Origin: Amia ocellicauda
Lineage: Eukaryota
Assembly (NCBI RefSeq): GCF_036373705.1
Contig: NC_089863.1
Coordinates: 18,915,406-18,979,405 of the forward strand
Length of the DNA stretch: 64,000 nt
Direction: 5' to 3'
The stretch's first letter is position 1, and each line of letters begins with the position of its first letter. Positions 12,841 to 26,050 of this stretch are shown in pieces. A program made the position numbers and the translations under genes. The notes below the pieces were generated by a model that saw only the letters and a list, made by a program, of their open reading frames with translations, ran no database searches and was not told the DNA's origin.

Positions 12841-15386
12841 AATAGTTATATGTATGCATGTGTGTGTAATGACATGAACACACACAGAGGAATGTTTTTA
12901 CCACTCTACCTGCCTTTGGAGTTGTTGTATAGTCAGTGACTCTGCAACTACAGTTCAGTACAGCAGGGGTCTCCAGCCCTGGTCCTGGAGAGCTACAGTC
13001 CAGTCCAGTAAAGTACAATCCATTGGGGATGTCGTCCACCAGCACCAGCAAGGAAGCACTGGAGACCCTGGGAGCTGTTGCATGCGTGGGGCGGACAGGA
13101 CGGACAGATTGGAGCATGTTGAGCACCCTTGGGCTGACAGAGAGAGAGAGAGGAGCTGCCCTCAAATGCACAACAGCGCTGTTTTCATATCAAACAATGC
13201 AATCACAAGGGGACCACCTGATGAACTTGATCCTGAGAATGGCCTGAGTATGACCTCTTAAGAGAACTTTCCTTTCACTGGTTTGATGCCTGGAAACCTT
13301 ATTGACAGAATCTCAGATGTGTTTATTGATAAAATGAACAGGAGACCAGGAGGGAAAAATCTTGCAACCCCCTCCTTCCCAATGATCTGCCCTTCAGTAC
13401 AGCCCTGGCTGCTTGGTTGGTATGGTGTGGGTCTTTATTGGCTCAAACACAATCCCAAAGACACTGTAGCCTCCTGCTGTAGAGACACACACACATTCAC
13501 AGACACACATGCTCACTCGCACACACACGCACATTCACAGACATATACACACACTTGCACGTTCACAGACACGCTCACACGCACAGACACGCACACGCAC
13601 AAACACACTCACACATGCACACATGCACAAACACACATGCACGCACACGCACATTCACAGATGCATATGCGTACACTCACAGTCTCTCTCACAAAATCAC
13701 ACGGATCCCTTTCAACACCAGCCTGGGTTCTGGACCCACTCCTTAGTGACCCAGGTTCTGATTGGCTTTAGTGTGAATGCACAGACACAGGGAGACAGTG
13801 GGTCGACCCAGATCAAGAGCTGCCCAGGCTGGAGGTGTGTGAACCAGCCAGCCAGCCAACACAGGCCCGGGCAGAGCCAGGCGACAGGCCCGGCACACGG
13901 TGGGCTGCTGTACTGGTGTTGCAAGGGGCTTGGGTGGATTGGACACCTGGAGTGAGACCGTAGCAGAACTGGAGCCACAATGCCACTGTAATACGCACCA
14001 GACCCCAGAGGGACAGGGCTAATGTCTGCCTCACTGAATAGTGTTTACAGTCCCTGTCAGTCAGTGGTCAGTGCAATGCAGGTCAGTTGTTGAGAGCTGA
14101 TGTTTGCAGCCCGGCCCACGTCTGGCTCGCACAGACAGGCAGGTAGACAGTCTTTTATTTATTTTTATCCTTTCAATCAAACTGAGAGCCTCATGCCTTT
14201 TTGTACCTTTCTCTCTCTTTCTCTCTCACTCTCTCTCCCTTTCTGTCTCTCCTTATCTTTCCTTCTTTCAGAAGCTCTGCCTCTGGCAGGGTGGAATGTA
14301 GTGTACACTGGGACTCTTACCATGTACAGCGCACTGACACAGACACACTTACACACTGACTGACACACAGACACACAAACTCAGACGAACACTTATTCTG
14401 AATGTCAGACACACAGGCACATAGACAGACAAGAGAGACAGACCCAGACCCAGAGCCAAACAGACAGGGCCATCTGGGTGGACAATAGAGAGAGAGAGAC
14501 AGAGAGAGAGGGAGAGTTTGATGAAGGGAAGAGGGTGGGGAGGAGCAGAGGGTGGGGTGGAAACACAATAAAACAAGACACAACACAATACAACACAACA
14601 CGACACGACACGTCAAAGCAACAAACATCTAATTTTGTATAACGTAGGAGGGTCCTATCTATCAGTTTCTGTACGGCGCCCGGCACCACACAGAGACAGC
14701 TGCATGTTTTCTACTGAGAAGCGAGAAAAACAACAAGAAAATGAAAAAAAGATAATAAAACCACAAAAAGAAAACAAAAAAAGAACCATTGTGAATGAAA
14801 ATCGTCTTGCTCTAAGTTTTATACGGAGTGCACAGATATTATTACTACTATTACTATTGTTCATATGATTATGATTATTATTGCTTGTACTATCCTTGGT
14901 CTACTATATATCCACATATATAGAGATGACATATGATTATTATATGCGCTTATCACTTCTCGGATTATTGTTAACATGACTGTTATGATGTGCTTTTCTG
15001 GACTTCTTCCTTTCTGTCTTTCTTTTTGTTTTATTTTGACAACGAATTTCTCGATTGACTTCCCGACTGAGGGATTTATTTTTGTACAATTACTTACTCG
15101 GCCTCTCCGCTCTCGTCTTGCAAATGTCATTACCAGGAGCCTCGGGGTGGGGGCCCTGTGCATGGTTACAGTTTTACTAACGAGCCAGTCAATTAACTAT
15201 TCTTTGATATTTAAGCAAAGGTATAAAAGACTTCGTACAGTGCCACAGTGTTTATCACCAGCTACTTAATGCATTACCTGTCCACTTTTTTTAACGCACC
15301 ATACATTACACAGCTATACGTTTTATATATATCTATATCTATCTATATATATCTATATATACTGTATAAAGATATATGTTCATTTT

Positions 15387-15390
<4 letters not shown>

Positions 15391-15439
<49 letters not shown>
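15391..15439. repeat. (AT)n followed by (GT)n compound microsatellite; similar arrays at 15666-15707 and 15784-15846
   Basis: Dinucleotide runs. A G-rich G4-prone block (ggggttggggggttgggggggtggggggggggttg) lies between them at 15515-15550. Confidence 0.9.
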
Positions 15440-15666
15440 CAAATGTAGGAGTTTCAGCCAGACTCATGCTCTGTTCCATAGTATTGAATTTGATGTAACC
15501 ATGTTGTATGGGGTTGGGGGGTTGGGGGGGTGGGGGGGGGGTTGCATTAATCTGGACTGGAAAGCATAGAAGCACTGGTTTAAGATGCTTGGGTTGGGGG
15601 TGTAAGGATGGAGGAGGAGGGAAGGGAGACAGAAGACATCACCAAAAAGTGTCAAGACGATACACC

Positions 15667-15711
<45 letters not shown>

Positions 15712-15781
15712 TGTTTTTCTTCATGCAATTTTCTGCCCGTCGTCACAATGTGGGCAGAGCTGACATCAAAATACTGAAAAC

Positions 15782-15846
<65 letters not shown>

Positions 15847-17789
15847 TTTTGTTTTTTGTTTTTTGTAAAGCTTGCCAGTGCATGCGTTTTAAAATACATT
15901 GATCAATGATGACACCGAAAATGTTTGTTTAAAAAAAGGAAAAGGAAGAAAAAGTTACAAAATAAAAAAAAATATATAAAAAAATTAAAAATGTTTCAAG
16001 GGAATCTGTGAGGATGAATAAAAGGCACTGCATGAGAACCTGACTGGAGACTCGCTGTGTTTATTGATTCTGTGATACAAAGTTATGTAGTTGTGTAGTT
16101 TACAGTGTGTGTAGTGTGAGTGTACAGTGTGTATAGTGTGTGTGTTGTCTGAGTGTACAGTGTGTGTAGTGTGAGTGTAGTGTGTGTATACAGTGTGTTT
16201 AATCTATGAGTACATGGTGTAAAGAGTGTGTAGTGTATGTGTGCATCAACATGAGAGTACATTGAATGTACAGTGAGTTTGCACACACAAACATTATTCA
16301 ACCTCAAAACTGCACTGCCCTATAGGAGCTGACTAGGCACTGGCATACAGGCCGGCTGCGTATGAACTGTACAGGTTCATATTGTGCAGTACAGTGTGTA
16401 CCGAGAGCCTGGCTGCAAGACTTTCTGGTTGCCAGGGAAACTGTTCTGGGACAGAGAGAAAGAGGGAGGGAGGGAGGAAGGGAGAGAAAACAGACATTTC
16501 AAGAAAGAAGGAGAAAAAAAATCAATTTCATTTGAAATTTTATAGCACATGAATTATTTAAAAATGCTGCCACAGAGAGAGAGAGCGCGAGAGAGAGAGG
16601 AGAAAGAAGGGAGGAGGAGGAGTGTGTGTGTGAGAAAGGGAGAGGCGACAGAGGAATAGAAATAGACTTGAATGCTACAGAAGAGAAGGGACAGGGAACA
16701 GAGGGAAGGGAAGAGAGGCATGGATACAATACAATGATGTTCTTCTGCAGGAGGGAAGAGAGAGAGAGAAAGAGAGGGGCTGTCAAACAACACCAAACAA
16801 TTCAAAAAGAAAGACAAGGACTGAGATACCTTATTGAGCGCTGCAGGAGAGATGAGAGACATAGATTAGACTATTGAATTCTACAGGAGAGAAGAGAGGG
16901 AACAGAGGGGGGGAGAGAGAGAATGGGATAGAGATAGAATAATGAATGCTGCTAGTCTGCAAGTGAGAACGAGGGAAGAGAGAGAGAGAGAGAGAGGTTT
17001 GTACTCTCAGGGAGAGAGGGGGGACTGTAGTGTTTATATCAGGGACTGAGGGAGGAACCTGCTGTGTTATTTCTGCCTGTGTTGTATCTTTTGTGTTTTA
17101 TTATATATATATATCATTTCTATCGCAGTAAGGCAATAAAAAATAATAGAACTTGAGAGGGGGGGGAGAGGAGGAGAGAGGGAGAGAGAAAAGAGGGAAC
17201 ACTGACTGAACACCATAGCATATTAACACAGACGGGGAGAGAGGGAGGGAGAGAGGGAGGGAGAGAGGAGAGAGGGGGGGGGGTTAACACTGACTGGACA
17301 CCACAGCATATTAACACAGGGAGGGAGGGAAAGCTCCTGCTGTCATAATGCGGCTGTGGAGTGAGAGGGAGGAGCGAGGGGCATCTCTGGGGAAAACGAG
17401 TGCAGCTCAGAGAGGGAGAGAAAGTGAACAAGAGGGGGAGAGGGAAAGGAAAGGGGAGAGTGGTAGAGAGTGCCAGAATAAGAAAGGTAACAAGGGAGGA
17501 GAGAGATAGAATGACAATGATTGGATGAACGTGAATGTGATCGGGCCCTAAATAGGAATATTAAAATATTAAAATTAAAATCAGCGCAGATACTTCATTC
17601 ATATGCGGGTACAGCAGACAAGACTTCCCAGCTTGAATTCCTTTCCCATTTTCATCATTTAAACACAGCTGTATCCCAAACACCTGACACGACAAAATCT
17701 GAACACACTTCTAGAAGATGACACACATTTTAAAATACAATCGTCCACTTATCAACGTAACTTTTAACACGCGTGGAACGGTGACATCA

Positions 17790-18080
17790 TCAGATATTCG
17801 ATTCAGGACGTTCCCGAGTGGGGCGAAGGAGATGGACAGATGAGGGCATGTTTAGAGAGAACCAAACACTTTCACCTCCTTCATCCAACAGAGCGAGGGA
17901 AAGAGGAGCCGTGTTGATGCAGCCAACGTATAGAACTGCCCCGATTGGGTTACAAAATGAATAAATCAGTACAATAACAATGAGACAGGAAGTCAAGTCC
18001 GTCTGACAGGAAGTCAAGTCTGTGTATCTTCACCTGAGAGCCAGTAGGCTCTCAGGTGAAGATACACAGACTTGACTTCC
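17790..18080. repeat. second copy of the segment B dispersed element, ending in a perfect 26-bp-arm hairpin (18015-18075)
   Basis: gtctgtgtatcttcacctgagagcc agtagg ctctcaggtgaagatacacagac forms a perfect inverted repeat. Shares ggggcgaaggaga.gacagatgag.catgtttagag and acaggaagtcaag with 48560-48770. Confidence 0.6.
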
Positions 18081-21000
18081 TTTCAACTGGAGCAATTGTA
18101 CAGGAATGGAACAAACATATATTTTTTATTTTTTATTTATGCTGTAGGAAGTTGCTTAGCTACTAAAATCAACCGGTTTCCTGATTTTTAAATATGTGGT
18201 TTGCAATGTACATTTAAAAAAAAAAATGTCAGTACCTATTAACAGTTCCCAGTGATTAGAATGGTTTATCCACATCCTAGAAGTTTTACCCAAGGGACTT
18301 AAAGTTGACAGAAAGTACATTTTGAAAGCATTACAAGACACCTCAAGCAAAGCACCGCCCAAGTCCTGGTACAGGCGAGCTAAAAGAAGTGCCAAGTGAT
18401 GTTTTTTTAAAGGAGTAAATAAACCGATAAAGAGATTCACACGGTTGAGAGATTTCACAGCCAGTATACAGTGGAATCAAGCACATGAAAGACAAAGAAC
18501 AAGGTAAGAGACGGGAAGATGGGAAGATATAGGATGAAGAAGAAAGCAAAATCACAATAAAAAGAGAGTGACATGTTGGGAGAGAATTCACGGTCGGTGT
18601 ACAGTGGGACCAGGCACTTGTTGAAAAAGACAAATTGAACGATGTATGATTTCAGTTAAGAAAAGAAGGAAGATCGAAAGAAAGCTATAGGAAGAAAAAG
18701 AAAGATTGAAGAATGAAAGGTGGGAAGAAAGAAGGAAAGAAAGAGAAGGAAAGACATGGAAAAGATAGAAAGGAACAAAAACCTCGAAAAACTAATATAA
18801 AAAGAGTAAAAGACACTGAAAATAATACAGGTAGACATAGTTGGAAATTAGACATCTGCTGGGAAGTATGGACCGAGAGTATTGGCAGCTGTGGACACAC
18901 AGGGGAAGAGGGGGGGAAGAGATGGAGAGGTAGAGAAACAGAGAGGGAGTCATGGAGAGAGGGTGAGAGGAAGATTTGGAAAAAGATGTGGAGAGAAAGG
19001 GATGGAGAAAAAGAGAGAAGGCATCTGCAGTGCAGCACAGACAGTGAGGGAGTCATGGAGAGAGGGGGGGGAGAGGGAGAGAGATGGAGAGAGGAAGATT
19101 TGGGAAAAGAGGGGGAGAGAGAGAGGGCATGGACCCAGCCAGAGGGGGGACGGACGGACAGACAGACAAAGCTGGGGCTGGGCTGCCATCTGGCGGTGGC
19201 ACTCCCCCACCACAGCCCCAGTGTACACTAGAGGGAGCCAGTCAGCTGGTACAGTAACGGCTGTGGAGTATAAACCCTGTCAGCGTGGTGTTCATCAGCT
19301 CGGCCCACGGCAGGATCCCCAGGGGCCGGCTCTACCAGACGTTTCCATCAGAAAACACAGCTCAACATAAAGAGCCCCACTGTTTCCCATCAATCTGTCC
19401 TCCTTACCATAACGTAGCCATACCTTGAGATTAAATAAATATATTAACATCCACAAAACTAACTGATCGTTTAGCTAGGCCTACCTACCTTAAATAATGT
19501 GGCAATGCAGATGGAGAGACAAGGCCATTCAATAATTGAACGTTGGTATTGCCCATAAGGAGAAACACCACAAAAACAGTTCATGAAAACGTACAAAACC
19601 TACAGATGCAGAGCCCATGTGTGCTGTGTAGAAACATACACAGAATAATACTGCATATCAGTTATATGGAGCTGAAAATGACTATCCTAGGGAAACAGCA
19701 AGATTGCTGTATATTTCCTTCTCCTTTCCAGACACTTTAAAGTCGTTGAATTTGAAGTTCAGATAGATTGTTACAGTTTTAATACCATATAAATAATTAA
19801 ATCCATACATATACATATAAATTTGTATAAATCTAAGCTTAAAAGCAGTCATAGCTTGTCGCTGGCATTGACAACCTACCAACCTTTACCAAAGGGTTAT
19901 TATATCAGATACAGTGCCTAGTATTACAATAGGGGCTACAGTAAAAGTACAGTAACATTTAGCCTACCACTTTTTTCACTATGAGGTTGTTAAGAGTTAA
20001 TGAGTTGTGTTGGAATCATGTCAGATTTGTACTGAAACCACTTGCATTGCAACCATAAACTGCAGCCATAATAAACACAAAGCCGCCACTTTTCGAAGTG
20101 ATGACGTCACTACACAGCACCGCCCCCTCCCGTGTCCTGCTTACACAGTAAATTAAATCAACTCAAATGAAAACGAAACGCATCATTACAGCCGCCGAAA
20201 AATCGTGGTCAAAGTGCACTTCTCGCACTTTGTGACGGATGTATCTGAATACACCAAACACGCACTTCAGCCCGATGTATTTTTTTTTATTGAAGTGTTG
20301 CGTTTTGGTGTGGAGCAGGACGATGACGCGCACAAAATGGCGTCGTGTTTACAGCGCCGCTGATCGATACACCTATAGACCAATTGTTTACACTCGTCTG
20401 GCTTTCGGCGAGTTTCACAGCACGGCGGTGGCGTCGGGCTTTTTACACAGTACGAACCTAGTCGGATTATAAATACAGGGGACACAACATAAGGTACGTT
20501 TGGAGAGAATCAGCTGAAACCAGGGAAGCTGCTTCTTTCTGAAAACCTGCTGATTTCCTTCTCTTTCAATCAGAAACACCAATGAATCAGTCACACTACG
20601 CAGGGGAAATCGGTGTGGATAACAGAGCAATATACATAATCAGACAGCGATGTGTTAATTATAATATCCCCCAATAATGCACAATTCCTGTCTTGATTGA
20701 TTAGCTGATTAGGCACTCTATGAGACAGGAAGGGGTTTTCAAGAGTAAAGTTTTAAAGACATTAAGACCCGAGTCAGGGCTTTTATTTACAGTTGTAATA
20801 ACCAATACAGGCTGATTACACATCTGATCGTTGCACTGGGCGGGTCTTATTGGTTTTGTATCCTTGGCCGTTATGAATGCTGATGTCATTGTTCGTCTCC
20901 CATTCATTAATGACGATTAACGCAGCTCCGGTGACGTCAGTCGCTCTGCTCAGCTGTGCACTAATTTGCCCGACACAGTGAAACAGCTGATCCGTGGTTC

Positions 21001-21361
21001 CTGTCTGGAAACAGCACCGGCACTCATTTGGTGTGGTTTCAGCTTCATGGCGACTTCCACATCCCGTCTTCTCCCACAGTGACCCGGTGACTGTGACATC
21101 ACACAGGCCCCCGAATAGAGATTTGTTTATCTTTGGAACATTTACCTGTCCCTGTAACACTCGCTCTGTGGGAGAGAGATAATATCACATTTCCTGAATT
21201 TGGATGTTTGTCTCTCTCTCTCAGTCAGTGTGTCTGTACTGTATTTAACTCAAATTCAAATTCAAAGGTGCTTTATTGGCATGACCAATCACAACATTGT
21301 CAAAGCAGATACAAGTGTACTACTCTCGCTCTATCTCTCTCTTTTTTGGGTGTGCAGGCAG

Positions 21362-21581
21362 ATGCAGTCCACGGAGCCCGCAGACTCGTCCCTGAGAGAG
21401 GGGATGCAGTCTCTGGGTGTCGGGGAGGAAGAGAGACCAGAGGGAACGAGCCGGGCCGAGGAGGGAGGACAGCGGGAGAAGGAGGAGCAGGGAGAGGGGG
21501 AGGAGGAAGGGGAAGCTCTGCGAGAAGCGACCGAGAAGACCCTGGATTCAGAGGGAGAGGGGGACACGGGAGGAGAGAAAG
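21362..21581 (+). CDS. pagr1: pagr1 coding exon 1 (MQSTEPADSSLREGMQ...GDTGGEK, Glu-rich; ends phase 1)
   Basis: ATG at 21362 is in the frame of ORF 21200..21601. Donor AAAG|GTAAAG at 21582-21583. Confidence 0.75.
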
Positions 21582-21779
21582 GTAAAGCACAGCGAGGGTG
21601 ACTGGGCTGAAAACTGTAAAATCATCAAGGGGGAAAGAGTCCTGCTGGACTGACTGACACACTGACTGACACACTGACACGCTGACTGATACACTGACAC
21701 GCTGACTGATACACTGACACGTTGACTGACTGACACACTGAAAATACAGTAATAATCTCCCCCCCCCCCACCACTCCAG

Positions 21780-22113
21780 ATAGTGAGATGGATGAGGATG
21801 CGGCAGAGGAGGAGAGCGAGGTGAAGGAGGAAGGGGAGAGAGAGAAAGAGGGAGAGGGGCAGCAGGAGGAGGAGTGGGGGGTGCCCTGCAGTGACGAGGA
21901 GATCGAGGACCCCGCCTCCTGGATGCCCCCTCCCTTGGAAATCAAACGTCTGTATGAGCTGCTGGACCGGGGAGGGGTCCTGGAGCTGTGCCTGTCCCCG
22001 CTGCCCCGCCGCCCCCCCACACCTGACACACAGTCCTCCCCCGACAGAGACAGCGCCGACTCCGAGGAGGAGAGAGAGAGGAGGGAGAGGGAGGACAGGG
22101 AGAGAGACTACAA
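21780..22113 (+). CDS. pagr1: pagr1 coding exon 2 ([12 protein letters not shown]...[30 protein letters not shown]...RERDY, ends phase 2)
   Basis: Acceptor ccactccAG at 21778-21779. In frame with ORF 21788..22117. Donor AA|GTGAGT at 22114-22115. Confidence 0.85.
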
Positions 22114-22317
22114 GTGAGTGAAAGAGAGAGGGAGGGACAGGTGGAGGGTGAGGGAGGAGGGAGAGAGGTGGAACAGGAGAGAGAGAGAGGGAGGGAGGGA
22201 GACTATCTGAGGGGATGAGAGAAAGAGGGAGGGAGGGAGGGAGGTGTGTTTCGGTGTATACTGTGTGCTTGGTGGTGTTCAGTGTGCTCACTGTGTTCAC
22301 TGTGCTGCTGTGTTCAG

Positions 22318-22406
22318 GGCTCCCAGTCCGACAGAGTTTGACTTTGATGAGGAGACGACCCTCAGCACCCCAAAGAACACCTACATCAACCGCCGCAGAA
22401 CCCCAG
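22318..22406 (+). CDS. pagr1: pagr1 coding exon 3 ([30 protein letters not shown], ends phase 1)
   Basis: Acceptor tgttcAG at 22316-22317. In frame with ORF 22244..22849. Donor CCAG|GTACAC at 22407-22408. Confidence 0.85.
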
Positions 22407-22503
22407 GTACACAGTGTGTCAATCAGTTTGTCAATATGTCAATATGTGTGTCAGTCAGTCAGCGTGTCCGTCTACCCTTCTTACCCTCCCTCCTTCTCTC
22501 CAG

Positions 22504-22724
22504 GCTCCTCCGGCCGCTCCCAGCGGCGGGAGGCCCGGCTGGACAAGGTGCTGTCAGACATGCAGCGGCACCGCAAGATCGAGGAGCACATCCTGCGTAC
22601 GGGCCGGGACCTCTTCAGGGCCGAGCCCTCGGGCCCCACCCCCACGCCCATCCCCCCCGCCGCCCCCTCGGCCCAGAGAGCCGACCCCAAACACATCTTC
22701 TCCCCCCGCCAGCGCCGCTACTGA
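22504..22724 (+). CDS. pagr1: pagr1 terminal coding exon ([38 protein letters not shown]...FSPRQRRY*)
   Basis: Acceptor (ct)n-cAG at 22502-22503. In frame with ORF 22215..22724. Stop TGA at 22722-22724. Confidence 0.9.
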
Positions 22725-22844
22725 GGGCAGAGAGAGGGCTGCCCGACGCACTGTGTGCAGTACCGGACCGGACCGGACTGAGGGCCGAGCTGTCTGTCTG
22801 CCTCCGCTCGCCTCGTTCTGTAAATAATTGTACTTTTATACTGA

Positions 22845-22850
22845 AATAAA
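22845..22850 (+). terminator. pagr1: polyadenylation signal AATAAA in the pagr1 3' UTR
   Basis: AATAAA lies about 120 nt downstream of the pagr1 stop codon. Confidence 0.5.
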
Positions 22851-23989
22851 CCTTTTCCCCAACAGGAAGGCTTCACTTGGAATCAGACTCTGTGCCCCGT
22901 GCTGCTGAGAGAGAGAGAGAGAGAGAGAGCGCGAGAGCAAGAATGAGAGAGGGTTGAGAGAACGAGAGAGGGGGGGAGAGAGAGAATGAGAGAGAGAGAG
23001 GGAGAGAGAACGAGATTCCCTATTCTGCCAAGTGTGTTCAGTGTCAGTGTGTTTATAATACAGCGCTGTCAATCCTGTGTGTGTAGCAGCAGTTGTGGAG
23101 TAATACAGTACTGTTCCCCAGACTGCAGCTGCTGATCAGCATGTCTGTCTGTGTGTGGAGACGCTGGCTGAGAGAGAAAGAGAGACACAGACACACGGGA
23201 GTGACTGGCGGGTGGAGACATTGGACTCACGCTGCTCTGATTTCTGTCAGCTGGAGTCATGGCTTGCTCCCTCTCTCCCTCCCTCTCTCAGCATGCTGTG
23301 GTATAGCATGGCTTGGTCTGTGTGTGCCTGCTGTGTATTGCAGTGCAGTTTATAAGTCTTGACTGTTACACAGTTTGGTTCCCAAGGAAACCCATTTTTT
23401 CCCTGATGGAGAGAGCGGGGTTGGGGGCAGAGGGAGGGGGAGAAAGAGGGGCAGAGATGAGGTAGGGGAGAGGGAAAACATGAAGGAAATCATCTTTACG
23501 TTACATGCCCTGAATTATTAAAGAAACATTGTGTCACAAAAAGGGAGGGAGGGGGAGGGAGAGGGAGAGAAAGCAGAATATACCTTTGCAGGAGGAAATG
23601 AGGAATGTAAGAGAGCAGGAGGGAGAGCTGGAAAAGAGGGAAGATGGAGGAGGGAGACCCAAGGAAAGAGGGAGGGAGGGAAAGCTCCTGCTGTCATAAT
23701 GCGGCTGTGGAGTGAGAGGGAGGAGCGAGGGGCATCTCTGGGGAGAACAAGCACAGCTCGGAGAGAGAGAGAGAAAGAGAGAGAGTGTGAGAGTCAGGCA
23801 GTAAAAGCAGAGCAGGGTGCACTGCCTGCCCCTCTCCTCTCCTCCGACCGACACACCGCCAGCGTCCCCCGTACCCGCGGGGCTGTTGCTGGGGATGGGC
23901 AGCTCCGGGGATGGCAGGCAAAACTGAGGCTGTGCTGCCATCTGGTGCTCAGGCTGCAATCTGTTTACCCACACTGTGGTCTGACTGTT

Positions 23990-24895
23990 TGTGTTATTAA
24001 GGAATATCAGACCGCCACCCTATGGCCTGTGCAGCCGACACACATTATTGCATGTAACCCCCCAATAGAGGCAGTTCAGAGGAGAGCAACCAGACTTATT
24101 CCAGGTCTGAAGGGAAAGTCCTACTGAGAGACTGAGGAACTGAACCTTTTCACCCTGGAACAGAGGAGACTACATGTCCACTATAATTACACTATGGGAG
24201 GTACAGATCTAGATGAAGTAACACATGAGAAAGACCTAGGAGTCTATGTGGACTCCTCACTTTCTCCATCCAAACAATGTGGGGAAGCAATAAAAAAGGC
24301 AAACAGAGTGTCAGGGTATATTGTTAAAAGTGTAGAATTGAGAACAAGGGCAGTGATGTTCAGACTGTACAATGCACTAGTTAGAGCTCATCTGGATACT
24401 GTGTGCAGTTCTGGGCTCCACACTTCAAGAAAGATATCGCTGCTCTAGAGGCAGTTCAGAGGAGAGCAACCAGACTTATTCCAGGTCTGAAGGGAATGTC
24501 CTACTGAGAGACTGAGGAACTGAACCTTTTCACCCTGGAACAGAGGAGACTACGTGGGGACTTGATTCAAGTCTTCAAAATCATGAAAGGCATCGACCAC
24601 ATCAAACCAGAGGAGCTTTTCCAGATCAGCAGGGACACACGCATCCGGGACACAAATGGAAATTGGGCTTCAAGGCATTCAAGACAGAAAACAGGAGACA
24701 CTTCTTCACACAGAGAGGCGTCACAATCTGAACAAACTCCACAGCGATGTGGTTGATGCTGAAAATTTGGGAACATTTAAAAATAGACGGGATAGGATCC
24801 TTGGATCACTTAGTTACTAATGGACACCAAACGAGCACGATGGGTCGAATGGCCTCCTCTCGATTGTAAACTTTCTTATGTTCTAATAGAGTTCA
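23990..24895 (+). mobile_element. 3' end of a CR1-like LINE (ORF2 C-terminus plus tail) with an internal duplication
   Basis: Translation gives ..[87 protein letters not shown]....NRRHFFTQR..NKLHSDVVDAENLGTFKNR.DRILGSL, the characteristic CR1/jockey-like ORF2 C-terminus. The tail ..ggtcgaatggcctcctctcgattgtaaactttcttatgttcta is CR1-like. The segment 24040-24180 is repeated at 24440-24545. Confidence 0.75.
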
Positions 24896-26044
24896 GTGAG
24901 AGGAGAAAGGTCTTTACGCTCCCAGAGAGGGGAATCGGGTTAGGAGGGCAGTCCTCATGTCAGCACTATCATCTCGGAAGCTCTTCTCGAAATATATGCA
25001 CTATTTATGCAGTGAATACCCACAAAAGAAACAACAATAGGTAACTTAACACCTCTGTTCAGGTCTAGAGGCTCAATAGAGCTTTTCCTCCCTGTAAGGA
25101 AAGGAGCAACCAACTATCAATACACACTGTTCTACAGCTTACATATCCGTTAACTACCTAAAGCAGGTATACTTACCGAATAGCCAGCAATTTCCAAATT
25201 TCTTTCAGCTGGTTTGATATTTGACTGTTCTTACAAATAAAGTAGCTCAATAATTGTGCAACTGGTGAGACTGTACCTTTTCCCGATTAGTTAACTTGCT
25301 CTTGGGAAGGTTACAGTGTTTTTCTCCCCATTGCCTTTGGAAGAGTTGCTGATTGCAACTGCTTGTAACACATTTCCCACAGTTCTTAACTACCCGATGC
25401 AATTGTAAGAGCCGCAAAGGCAGGCAGCTTCAGTGCATCTGATTGGCATTAATTGTCACCTCATTTGCATAGTCTCCTCCCTGTTTTAGAGGCTTTTTGC
25501 AGAAACACCCAGAATGAAATCTTAAATCAACGGCTGAAACACGCTGGCAGATTGTTGCTGCAAAACTGTAAACCACACAAAAGCTGTGGTGTTAGTCCAC
25601 GCCTCCCCAACATCGATTGCAACGGGTTAACAGCTCTTAAACCATGCGCAATCTTGTCGTACATCCAGCCCGTTGAGAAAGATTTAAAGATTGTGATGGG
25701 TTATTTGGGTGTAGATTTGAGGAGAATGGGATAGGGTGTAGGATGAAATATACAGTCAGCCTGTGATAAATCTTGCCAACATTGTACAGTCACACACACA
25801 CACTGTTCAATGTACACATGATGTATCAGTCTGTAGTGGATGTGTATTACTGTGTACAGTCAGTCTATTGTCAATGTGTCATGTAAAAAGTTACAGCTTT
25901 TAGGTATTACAAGATTTAAGGTATAAGAAAATAAGTTAAAACATAATGAATGTGTGGCAGGGTGTCTGGGAGTGGCAGGGTATGGCAGTGTGGCAGGGTG
26001 TCTGGGTATCAGGCAAACATAATTCCATTTAACTTGCATAGGCT

Positions 26045-26050
26045 TTTATT
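26045..26050 (-). terminator. mvp: candidate mvp polyadenylation signal (AATAAA on the minus strand)
   Basis: This is the first AATAAA on the minus strand downstream of the mvp stop, about 550 nt away. No closer hexamer was seen. Confidence 0.3.

Larger units (their letters stand above)
21362..22870 (+). other. pagr1: gene model span: PAXIP1-associated glutamate-rich protein 1 (PA1), 4 coding exons, 287 aa, plus 3' UTR
   Basis: Spliced product contains [81 protein letters not shown] and [37 protein letters not shown]...SPRQRRY*. These match human PAGR1 as remembered ([33 protein letters not shown]..., [62 protein letters not shown]...FPRQRKY*). Exon sizes sum to 220+334+89+221 = 864 nt = 288 codons. 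Confidence 0.85.

Noticed and set aside
18713-19370. 172- and 162-aa ORFs rich in Glu/Arg/Gly/Lys (MKGGKKEGKKEKERHGKD...)
   Set aside because: The region is purine-rich (GA)n-like simple sequence with no splice-supported structure and no homology to a known protein.
20461-20515. TATAAATA (20468-20475) plus donor-like AAG|GTACGT (20493-20494) as a pagr1 first exon
   Set aside because: The donor lies only about 18 bp downstream of the TATA box, leaving no room for a transcription start. It is kept only as a weak hint of a pagr1 promoter region.
21548-22300. 250-aa minus-strand ORF rich in Pro/Ser/Leu
   Set aside because: It runs antisense to the well-supported pagr1 exons and their Glu-rich (GAG)n codons. 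Antisense of a GA-rich coding region is expected to be open.
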